Assembly: GCA_964195965.1 (NCBI GenBank)
Contig: CAXMRF010000004.1
Coordinates: 1-58,825 of the forward strand
Source: an uncultured Nitrosomonadaceae bacterium
GTDB taxonomy: Bacteria; Chloroflexota; Anaerolineae; Anaerolineales; UBA11858
Direction: 5' to 3'
DNA: 58,825 nt
Shown here: positions 8,299-16,141 of the stretch, in pieces
Numbering within the stretch: position 1 is the stretch's first letter
How the letters are laid out: each line of letters opens with the position of its first letter
The notes under the pieces: model-generated
Seen by the model: only the letters and a program-made list of their open reading frames with translations
The model's database searches: none
Told to the model about the DNA's origin: nothing
Position numbers and translations under genes: made by a program

Positions 8299-8520
8299 CT
8301 ATTCTCTGTTTAAAGCGGTCCCGCAGGTGGGGCACTTTATTTCATAACAAGGTTTTCCTGCCTTGTGGATTTCCTTATGATCACATGTAGGACAGACGCA
8401 ATTACCACCTGATCTACCTCCACCTAAATTTCGTCCCCGGCCTCCCCTCCTCCCACGGCCAGCCCCGCGCCCAAAACCAGGTTCCTGTTCAGAAACACTT
8501 TTTTGATTATCCTCAGTCAT
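8299..8520 (-). CDS. Small RGG-rich protein with a C-terminal 4-Cys zinc-ribbon-like motif
   Basis: GFGRGAGRGRRGGRGRNLGGGRSGG followed by CVCPTCDHKEIHKAGKPCYEIKCPTCG. 8-nt overlap with the PadR gene stop. Confidence 0.55.
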   Translation of the reverse strand: MTEDNQKSVSEQEPGFGRGAGRGRRGGRGRNLGGGRSGGNCVCPTCDHKEIHKAGKPCYEIKCPTCGTALNRE

Positions 8521-8917
8521 GGTTAATCTCCTTCTTTTCTTTCTTATTTGATTTGAATTTTTGGATCAGTTGATTGATCTGTTCTGCCACAGTACCCAGG
8601 GATGCCATCCACTCTTCCAGGCAAATTAATCCTACATCTGTGATCCTATAAACCCGACGTTTGGGTCCTTTACTATCATCATCCCAATACGATTCAATCA
8701 AACCTGTTGCTTCCATATCTCTTAAGTCACGGTAGACAATACTGGAATCCAGGCGTCCAGAATCAAACCCAAATGAACCCAGCCGATCTAATAAATCATA
8801 ACCATGAGATTCATTTTCAGCTAGCATTAAAAGCAAACTAGGACGAAGGATTAAACGCATTCCCCGTCTCTGCCTTTGGCGGCAAGAACCGGGTTTTCCC
8901 TGTCTACGTCCTGGCAT
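8513..8917 (-). CDS. PadR-family transcriptional regulator with an Arg-rich N-terminal extension
   Basis: LLLMLAENESHGYDLLDRL...RRVYRITDVG winged-helix pattern. Start placed at ATG 8917, preceded by an AGGAGG SD. The track ORF starts at 8938 with no SD. Confidence 0.75.
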   Translation of the reverse strand: MPGRRQGKPGSCRQRQRRGMRLILRPSLLLMLAENESHGYDLLDRLGSFGFDSGRLDSSIVYRDLRDMEATGLIESYWDDDSKGPKRRVYRITDVGLICLEEWMASLGTVAEQINQLIQKFKSNKKEKKEINHD

Positions 8918-8957
8918 ATCTACCTCCTGGACTTCCATTTAATTAGAAGTTTGAGGT

Positions 8958-8986
8958 AGTATAACCAACTAACTGCATTTTGTCAA
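8958..8986 (-). promoter_or_regulatory. Sigma70-type promoter heading the PadR/NifX-like/MinD-ferredoxin module
   Basis: The minus strand reads TTGACA-17 nt-TATACT. Confidence 0.5.
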
Positions 8987-9024
8987 TAGATGTTTGTTCT
9001 ATAGATATTTTTCACCAGATCCTG

Positions 9025-10638
9025 CTAATTATCCCCCGTTGGCAGGCTAGGCATGGATGGACCTTCTTTTCCCATCAGATCAGCCAGGACTGATAGTGCA
9101 GCAGTTCTGTCATCCCAAGGATATTCTGTTTTACCAAAACACATAGATTGTTCGTGGCCTTTCCCAAAAATCATCACCACATCCCCCGGGTCTGCCTGTC
9201 CTAAAGCAAACCGGATTGCACTTCCCCTGTCTGGCATGCGCCAGAATGTTTTATCCTCAATACCGCCTTTGGATAACACACCCTGGGCCATCTCTTCCAG
9301 AATGCCATCCAGGGATTCTGTTCTCGGATCTTCAGCGGTTAAGACCGTCAGGTCTGCCATTTCCGCAGATATACCTGCCATCAGGCGTCTTTTTTCTCGA
9401 TCCCTTAACCCCGCAGAACCAAAAACGGTAATCACTCGCTTTGCGGTTAACGACCTGGCTGCGGAGATTGCCACCTGCAAGGCGTTGGGAGTATGTGCAA
9501 AATCCACAATGACCAGAAATTTCTGACCCAGATCAAGACGCTGCATTCTACCCGGGATACCCTCCAGATTAAGAATCCCTTGTTGGACAACTTCCCAACT
9601 TAATCCCAATCCTTCAATACAAGCACTAGCGGCGGCCAGGCAATTGGAGACGTTGTACTCTCCAAGCAAGGAAGACTTAATTGGAATCCGTTCTCCAGCC
9701 CGATGGATAACAAATCTAATTCCATCCGGTTCCTGCTGAAAGTCACCCGCCTTAAATAACGGCTGATCATTTAGGCCTTTAACTTCATTTGCAGGAGAAT
9801 TTTCTTCCTTACCATAATCGACCCAGGCTACACCAATCTCAGATATTATATTTAATAAAGGGAGGAATGACTGATCATCCCGATTCAATATTGCCAGTTT
9901 CTGCTTCAGGCCAGTTTTCTCTTTTGAGTTGGCAACTATTCTGAGCAATTCGGCCTTGGCATCCAGGTAACCCTGAAAATCACCATGGTAATCCAGGTGT
10001 TCGTGGGAAATATTAGTAATCACACCAATATCAAATTCAACAGCAGCGACACGTTTTTGCGTCAAACCGTGGGAAGTTGTTTCCAGAACTACATGGGTGA
10101 TACCAGCCTTAACCATCTCCGCCAGATAACTCTGAACATCCATGGCCTCCGGTGTGGTAACGTGAAAACCTGTATCAAGGATTCGATCTCCAATCACTGC
10201 ATTAACAGTGGAAATCAAACCCGCTTTTAATCCAGCAGTCAATAATATTTGATGGAGTAGATTTACCGTTGTGGTCTTCCCGTCCGTGCCTGTAACCCCG
10301 ATCACAATTAATTGCCTGGCTGGATATTCATGCCAGGCGGCTGCCAGGTGAGAGAGGGCTTCCCGGGTGTCCTCTACCTGGAAATAAGGTATGGGGAGGT
10401 CCTGATACCCCTGCCAGGGGTTTGATCCCACCACCGCAGCTGCGCCTTGCGAAACCGCAGCATCGATAAATTCATGGCCATCTACCTGGGTACCTGGAAT
10501 TGCGAGGTATAAATAATCCGCCTGGATTTTCCGCGAATCAATGGCAATACCTCTAATAGGAAAGGTATTTTCAGGTAATGGATTTTTGGTAGTTACTTCC
10601 TGAAACAATTCTCCAAGATCCTTATTTCCTGCTGCCAC
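9025..10638 (-). CDS. murE: UDP-N-acetylmuramoyl-L-alanyl-D-glutamate-diamino acid ligase
   Basis: GVTGTDGKTTT P-loop, DYHG, and GSAGLRDREKRRLM. The motif EDPR (9322..9333) sits where DAP-type MurE has DNPR. Confidence 0.85.
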   Translation of the reverse strand: MAAGNKDLGELFQEVTTKNPLPENTFPIRGIAIDSRKIQADYLYLAIPGTQVDGHEFIDAAVSQGAAAVVGSNPWQGYQDLPIPYFQVEDTREALSHLAAAWHEYPARQLIVIGVTGTDGKTTTVNLLHQILLTAGLKAGLISTVNAVIGDRILDTGFHVTTPEAMDVQSYLAEMVKAGITHVVLETTSHGLTQKRVAAVEFDIGVITNISHEHLDYHGDFQGYLDAKAELLRIVANSKEKTGLKQKLAILNRDDQSFLPLLNIISEIGVAWVDYGKEENSPANEVKGLNDQPLFKAGDFQQEPDGIRFVIHRAGERIPIKSSLLGEYNVSNCLAAASACIEGLGLSWEVVQQGILNLEGIPGRMQRLDLGQKFLVIVDFAHTPNALQVAISAARSLTAKRVITVFGSAGLRDREKRRLMAGISAEMADLTVLTAEDPRTESLDGILEEMAQGVLSKGGIEDKTFWRMPDRGSAIRFALGQADPGDVVMIFGKGHEQSMCFGKTEYPWDDRTAALSVLADLMGKEGPSMPSLPTGDN

Positions 10639-10669
10639 TTTGTGTTTCCTCCATAATCGTATCCTGATG

Positions 10670-10705
10670 AAAAAAACGCCCTGATTTAGTAATCCGGGCG
10701 TTTTT
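10670..10705 (-). terminator. Rho-independent terminator after the Fo operon
   Basis: 12-bp stem with one mismatch (aacgccctgatt / aatccgggcgtt) and a 4-nt loop. On the minus strand it is followed by a run of 7 U. Confidence 0.55.
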
Positions 10706-10732
10706 ATTGTACACTAGAAAACCGCAGTGCAA

Positions 10733-11470
10733 TTAGTTGAACAAAGATCGCATACCTGATAACTGAGAAAAAACTGAATGATCATACATGGTGTCATCAA
10801 TTCGAACTGTCAATCCACCTAAAAGGTCTGTATCCACCTTAAAAGTAACTTCAGGCTTACCAGAAGTTCGTTCTTGGATATCTTTTTCAATCACCTTCAT
10901 TTCTTTGTTGCTCAGCGGCAACGCGCTGGTTACAACTGCTGTTTTTCCTTCAAATTTATCTCCCTCAAGGACCATAACCTTGCCATCCTTGACATTGGAG
11001 AAAAACTCATCCACCAAATCTTTTTGACGGGATTCATCCAGGGCAGTGCCCAGTAATTTTTGGGTTGCTGCGATAGCCAAAACTGCAACCTGGTCGCGCA
11101 CACCTTTCAGCAGATGTCCTTCTTCTTCCTTGGCATCTTCCTGCGCTTTTATAATTATCTTCTTGGCTTCTTCCGAGGCATCAGTTTTTATTGACTCTAC
11201 CCGGTCATGAGCTTGAGCCACAATCTTTTCCGCCTCTTTTTTAGCCTCTACCAATACAGCTTCCCGTTCCAGGCCAATCTTTTCCCGCTCTTCTGCAGCA
11301 GCTTCAGTATCTTCGACCTGTTTCTGCAGCATCGCCTGACGTTCGTCCAGGCGTTTCCTGGCAGGTTTCCAGAGTAATACGGTCAGCAGACCGAACATCA
11401 CCAGGAAATTTACAATTTGGGAAATTAAAAAAGGGCCATTGATTCCCATGGCTGATAATGCGTCACCCAC
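10733..11470 (-). CDS. atpF: ATP synthase Fo subunit b fused to a delta (OSCP)-like C-terminal domain
   Basis: GTG start with an AAGGAGGA SD. Residues 1-157 form a TM helix plus a charged coiled coil, as in subunit b. Residues about 175-245 (TAVVTSALPLSNKEMKVIEKDIQERTSGKPEVTFKVDTDLLGGLTVRIDDTMYDHSVFSQLSGM) align by eye with the E. coli delta C-terminus. Confidence 0.8.
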   Translation of the reverse strand: MGDALSAMGINGPFLISQIVNFLVMFGLLTVLLWKPARKRLDERQAMLQKQVEDTEAAAEEREKIGLEREAVLVEAKKEAEKIVAQAHDRVESIKTDASEEAKKIIIKAQEDAKEEEGHLLKGVRDQVAVLAIAATQKLLGTALDESRQKDLVDEFFSNVKDGKVMVLEGDKFEGKTAVVTSALPLSNKEMKVIEKDIQERTSGKPEVTFKVDTDLLGGLTVRIDDTMYDHSVFSQLSGMRSLFN

Positions 11471-11480
11471 AGTATCCTCC

Positions 11481-11753
<273 letters not shown>

Positions 11754-11766
11754 TCAACCTTATTGA

Positions 11767-12669
11767 TTAATGATGCTGAGTTGCCATCTGATAGAAAATC
11801 AGGGACAACATTGAAAAAATCAGTGCCTGGATGGCACCTACAAATAATTCTAAAGCGATAAACACATCCACAACCAGGAATGCTGTCAGGAAACTGATCA
11901 CCATCAAAAGCACTTCTCCGGCAAAAACGTTACCAAATAACCGGAAGCCAAACGAAAGCACTTTAATAAATTCGCTTATGAGTTCAAGGATTCCGGCAAA
12001 TCCGTTAGAAAATGAGAGAACAGGTTTTAGCGCCCCACTATCGGGGTCCGCGCTGAAGTTGAAAAATTTCTTTAGATATTTTCTACCTTGAAATTTAAAT
12101 CCGTAATATTGGGCCATTACCTGAGTAATTATTGCCAGCCCAAGGGTAGTGCTGAGATCAGCAGTTGGGGATCGGAAAATTGGAATCATGGCAGCCTGGC
12201 CGTGATGTACTCCCTCAATCAAAATTGATCCCATACCCGGCAGTAAACCTGACCAATTGGAAAACAGGATAAAAAAGAAAAACGATCCAATTATGGGGAA
12301 AAACAAGGTTGCCTTTTCTTTGCCAACCGTTGTCTCGACAAATGAAAACACACCTTCATAAATCGCATCCACAGTAATTAGGAATCTGCTTTCTTTTCCA
12401 ATCCGCTCTGCTTTTTTGACTGCCCGATGATATGAAAAAGCAATCAATATTAAAAACAACGCTGTTAACATTGCGGTTGGCAATGTATTAGGGATGCCTT
12501 TTTCAAATCCCGGGATAGGTAAATGCCAGGGAATGAGTTCAGCCGCAAGACTGATTGTCGGGAGTTCTTTTCCCGGCATAATCAGGCCATATCCTGTAAG
12601 TGCCAGCGCTGCCAAGCCAATTAGAAGTTTGACTAAACAACCACTATTTTTTTTCTTTTCCTGTTCCAT
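11767..12669 (-). CDS. atpB: ATP synthase Fo subunit a
   Basis: Polytopic membrane protein with the SFGFRLFGNVFAGEVLL motif (essential Arg). Confidence 0.85.
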   Translation of the reverse strand: MEQEKKKNSGCLVKLLIGLAALALTGYGLIMPGKELPTISLAAELIPWHLPIPGFEKGIPNTLPTAMLTALFLILIAFSYHRAVKKAERIGKESRFLITVDAIYEGVFSFVETTVGKEKATLFFPIIGSFFFFILFSNWSGLLPGMGSILIEGVHHGQAAMIPIFRSPTADLSTTLGLAIITQVMAQYYGFKFQGRKYLKKFFNFSADPDSGALKPVLSFSNGFAGILELISEFIKVLSFGFRLFGNVFAGEVLLMVISFLTAFLVVDVFIALELFVGAIQALIFSMLSLIFYQMATQHH

Positions 12670-12675
12670 ACGGAT

Positions 12676-12948
12676 TTAATCTTCCTTTTTCTTGTCTTCA
12701 AGACGTTTATGAACAGTAGTTTTTACCCAACGAAAAACAAGGAAAGCTCCACCAGCAAATCCAATCATGGAGAGAAAAACTGTAAATAATATGATGGTAT
12801 TAAACTGGCGATCCAGAAATAATCCTGCAGCCATTCCCAGTAATACCGGGAAGGCAATTAAAAAACCTGCCTGACCTGCAACAGACATTACCCAGATCCG
12901 ATCTTGCCAAACTGTTCCCTGTTTAGTCTCTTCAGTGCCAGAATTCAA
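12676..12948 (-). CDS. AtpZ/AtpI-like small membrane protein
   Basis: 90 aa with two TM helices and a GLFLDRQFNT motif. First gene of the Fo operon. Confidence 0.5.
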   Translation of the reverse strand: MNSGTEETKQGTVWQDRIWVMSVAGQAGFLIAFPVLLGMAAGLFLDRQFNTIILFTVFLSMIGFAGGAFLVFRWVKTTVHKRLEDKKKED

Positions 12949-12982
12949 TTAATACTCCTCAAGAAAAACATGTGCCTGCTGT

Positions 12983-13011
12983 ATTCTACTCACAAGCCAA
13001 AAAGCTGTCAA
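12983..13011 (-). promoter_or_regulatory. Sigma70-type promoter of the Fo operon in the nuoN-atpZ spacer
   Basis: The minus strand reads TTGACA-17 nt-TAGAAT. A 6-bp hairpin (ctgtca/tgacag) overlaps the -35. Confidence 0.45.
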
Positions 13012-13076
13012 CCTGACAGGTTTTCCAAATATTTTTTTATCCAGTTAAGCTATACAATCCAAACTGTTTTAATTGC

Positions 13077-14546
13077 TCAGGAAATGACAAAACCCAAAGA
13101 ATCCTGAACAAATTGAATAAAGGGTTGCGCTAAAATACCCATCAGTAAAGTAAAAACACAGGCCAGGATAATCACAGTTGTAAGCGATCCTGGCAGCTGG
13201 ATTTTTTCCCGGGGAGCTTCGTCTAAGGGTTGGAAGAACATATACCGGATGATATTCAAATAATAAAAACCGGCGATTACACTATTTATGATTGCAACCA
13301 GAGCCAGGAAATAATATTCGGCCCGCAGCGCTGAACCAAAGACCAGCAGCTTGCCTACAAATCCACCAGTGCCCGGAATTCCAATCAAGGAAAGCATAAA
13401 CACCACCATGGTGCCAGCCATAAGCGGAGAACGCTGAATCAAACCTGCATAGTCTTCAATCTGGTTAGATCCAACTTTATGCTCAAAAGCAATCACCACT
13501 GCAAAAGCACCGAGATTAGCCGCCAGGTAAACCAGCAAATAAACCAACACTCCGCTGATTCCGTCGAACACAGTATTCAATACCCCGCTTTCCCAGGAAA
13601 CCAGGCCGATCATAATATACCCGGCATGAGCAATACCCGAATAAGCCAACATGCGTTTAATATTCTTCTGGCTCAGGGCAACCATATTGCCAAGAGTCAT
13701 ACTAATAATAGCTAAGCCTGTTAACAAGGCCGTAAAATTCATTTGAAAGTCCGGCAATGCAGTTAGCATGACCCGTGCAAAAATTGCAAAGCCTGCACCG
13801 ATTGATCCCACTGCCAAAAAAGCAGTCACAGGTGTCGGCGCACCTTCGTAAGCATCTGGCGACCATTGATGGAAAGGGGCTGTAGCTGTTTTAAAGCCAA
13901 ATCCAACCACCAGCAACACAATGGCTGGATACACGACCCATCGCAGTCCTGGCTCGATAACTGCAAGACTCTGAGCGATGTGAACAAGATTGGTGGAGGC
14001 AGTAGCGCCATAAAGCAAGGACATGCCGTATAACATCATGGCTGAAGCCAAAGATCCATAAAGAAAATACTTAATGGACGCCTCGCTGCTTTTAGGATCC
14101 TTGCGTAAAAATCCCGTCAGGATATAGGAAGAAATACTCAACAATTCAAAAGCGATGAAGATCATCACCAGATCAGCCGAGAGTGCCAGGAGTGAGATTG
14201 AAAAACTCGCCAGTAGAATAAAGCTGTAATATTCTCCCTGGTACGGAGATTTCAATTCCATGTACGCCATGGATAGCAGGATGATGAATACTGCTACCAG
14301 GGACGCAAAGATCTGGAAGAAGAGGGAAAACGAATCCATTGCGATCATGCCGCCCAGGACTGATTCCTCCCCAATATCTGCCCAACCATAAAGGTAAAGG
14401 GATGTACCCAGAGAGATGACTGCACCTGTAAGTGCGAGGTAAGGCAGCCATTTTTTTTCTTTGGATCCCACCAGATCAATGCCAAAAACCAGCACCACGG
14501 TCAAGAAAAGGACCAGCTGGGGGAGTAAAAATAGGAAAATTTGCAC
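13077..14546 (-). CDS. nuoN: NADH-quinone oxidoreductase subunit N
   Basis: 489-aa antiporter-like polytopic protein. GTG start with an AGAGAGG SD. Last gene of the membrane-arm series. Confidence 0.9.
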   Translation of the reverse strand: MQIFLFLLPQLVLFLTVVLVFGIDLVGSKEKKWLPYLALTGAVISLGTSLYLYGWADIGEESVLGGMIAMDSFSLFFQIFASLVAVFIILLSMAYMELKSPYQGEYYSFILLASFSISLLALSADLVMIFIAFELLSISSYILTGFLRKDPKSSEASIKYFLYGSLASAMMLYGMSLLYGATASTNLVHIAQSLAVIEPGLRWVVYPAIVLLVVGFGFKTATAPFHQWSPDAYEGAPTPVTAFLAVGSIGAGFAIFARVMLTALPDFQMNFTALLTGLAIISMTLGNMVALSQKNIKRMLAYSGIAHAGYIMIGLVSWESGVLNTVFDGISGVLVYLLVYLAANLGAFAVVIAFEHKVGSNQIEDYAGLIQRSPLMAGTMVVFMLSLIGIPGTGGFVGKLLVFGSALRAEYYFLALVAIINSVIAGFYYLNIIRYMFFQPLDEAPREKIQLPGSLTTVIILACVFTLLMGILAQPFIQFVQDSLGFVIS

Positions 14547-14572
14547 GGTTATTGCCTCTCTTTATATCGCGT

Positions 14573-16117
14573 TTAGAAGTTGCTGAACATTGTTGTTGAT
14601 ACAGCGTTCAATAAACGAACTATCAGGGAGGGATATAAACCAATCAGCACCATAAGAATGACCAGCGGCCACATGGTAACCTTTTCAAAAGTAGCCAGAT
14701 CAGTCAATTTTGCATTGTGTGTGGCAGCGTCCCATTTCGCCTGGTCAAAATCTCCCAGGAAGACATGCTGTACAACCTTCCAAAGGATATATGCAGCAGT
14801 GAAAATAATCCCCAGCACACCGATGATGGCAAAGGTGGGAATGATCGCGAAGGCTCCCCGGAAGACAAAGAATTCACTCCAGAAACCTGCCAGCCCCGGT
14901 AAACCCAGGGAAGCAAATCCTGTGAGAAGCATAATCCCGTAATAATAAGGCACTTTTGCTCCCAGACCGCCAAAATCTTTTAAATCGCGGGTGTGGGCTC
15001 GATCATAAATCATGCCAACCAGGAAAAACAACCCACCGGTTATGATACCGTGAGTAAATAGCTGCAGTGCAGCACCATTTAAGCCGATTATGGCGCTGGT
15101 TGTCGCCTGCTCCCCGCCGTTAATTGCCAGGCTGGCCGCGGCAGCGCTTATGCCAAGGGTGACATAACCCATGTGGCTGACAGAGGAATAAGCAATCAGT
15201 CGCTTTAGATCCCATTGGGCCATACATACCAGGGCGCCATACACGATACTGATTACCGCCAGGATTGGTATGATGGGCACATTGTAGGAGAAGTAAGCAA
15301 ATTGAGCAGGGAATAAAGGCAGAACTATCCGGATCAAACCATAGGCACCTAATTTAAGCAATACACCGGCAAGGATGACACTGCCCGTTGTGGGCGCTTC
15401 TGTGTGGGCATCCGGGAGCCAGGTATGGAATGGGAATATGGGCACTTTGATTGCAAAACCGATAAAGAAAGCCCAAAAAGCCACCGCCGCAACTGTAAAG
15501 TTCCCGGCAAATGGCTGCGCAGCTGCCGCTTCAAGAATATTAAATGTTCCGGTATTCAGATAAACAGCGATAATCGCCAGCAACATGGCCATGCTTCCTG
15601 CCAGGGTGTAGAGGAAGAATTTGATGGAAGCATAAATTCGTCGTTTGCCGCCCCAAACACCAATCAACAGGTACATGGGCACAAGTCCAATTTCCCAGAA
15701 AACATAAAAGAAAATAAAGTCCAGGGAAACAAATACACCTGACATACCGAGTTGAAGCAAGAGGAACAGGAAATAATATTCCTTCACCCGATCCTTGACT
15801 GTGTAGATAGAGTAGTAATAACACAGTGTAGATAACAGGGTGGTTAATATCAACATCACGGCACTGAGCCCATCAACACCCATACGGTAATAAACGTCAA
15901 TGGAAGGGATCCAGGAGTACTCTTCCATTAACTGCATGGTACCCGGGTCAGCCTGGACCACAATATAAATATATATAGATAAAGCCAGGGGGATCAGGCT
16001 GAGAATAGTAGCAACCCAGCGGATCAAGTTTTCTTTTGATTTCGGAATGACCAAAATGATCAGGGCAATCAACAGGGGGGTAAAGGTGATCAAGCTCAAA
16101 ACTGGAAAATTCATCAT
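14573..16117 (-). CDS. nuoM: NADH-quinone oxidoreductase subunit M
   Basis: FYVFWEIGLVPMYLLIGVWGG motif. The start may be the second ATG at 16114, which is better spaced from the GAGGAG SD. Confidence 0.9.
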   Translation of the reverse strand: MMNFPVLSLITFTPLLIALIILVIPKSKENLIRWVATILSLIPLALSIYIYIVVQADPGTMQLMEEYSWIPSIDVYYRMGVDGLSAVMLILTTLLSTLCYYYSIYTVKDRVKEYYFLFLLLQLGMSGVFVSLDFIFFYVFWEIGLVPMYLLIGVWGGKRRIYASIKFFLYTLAGSMAMLLAIIAVYLNTGTFNILEAAAAQPFAGNFTVAAVAFWAFFIGFAIKVPIFPFHTWLPDAHTEAPTTGSVILAGVLLKLGAYGLIRIVLPLFPAQFAYFSYNVPIIPILAVISIVYGALVCMAQWDLKRLIAYSSVSHMGYVTLGISAAAASLAINGGEQATTSAIIGLNGAALQLFTHGIITGGLFFLVGMIYDRAHTRDLKDFGGLGAKVPYYYGIMLLTGFASLGLPGLAGFWSEFFVFRGAFAIIPTFAIIGVLGIIFTAAYILWKVVQHVFLGDFDQAKWDAATHNAKLTDLATFEKVTMWPLVILMVLIGLYPSLIVRLLNAVSTTMFSNF

Positions 16118-16141
16118 GTTCTCCTCGTAAATCGTTTTGGT

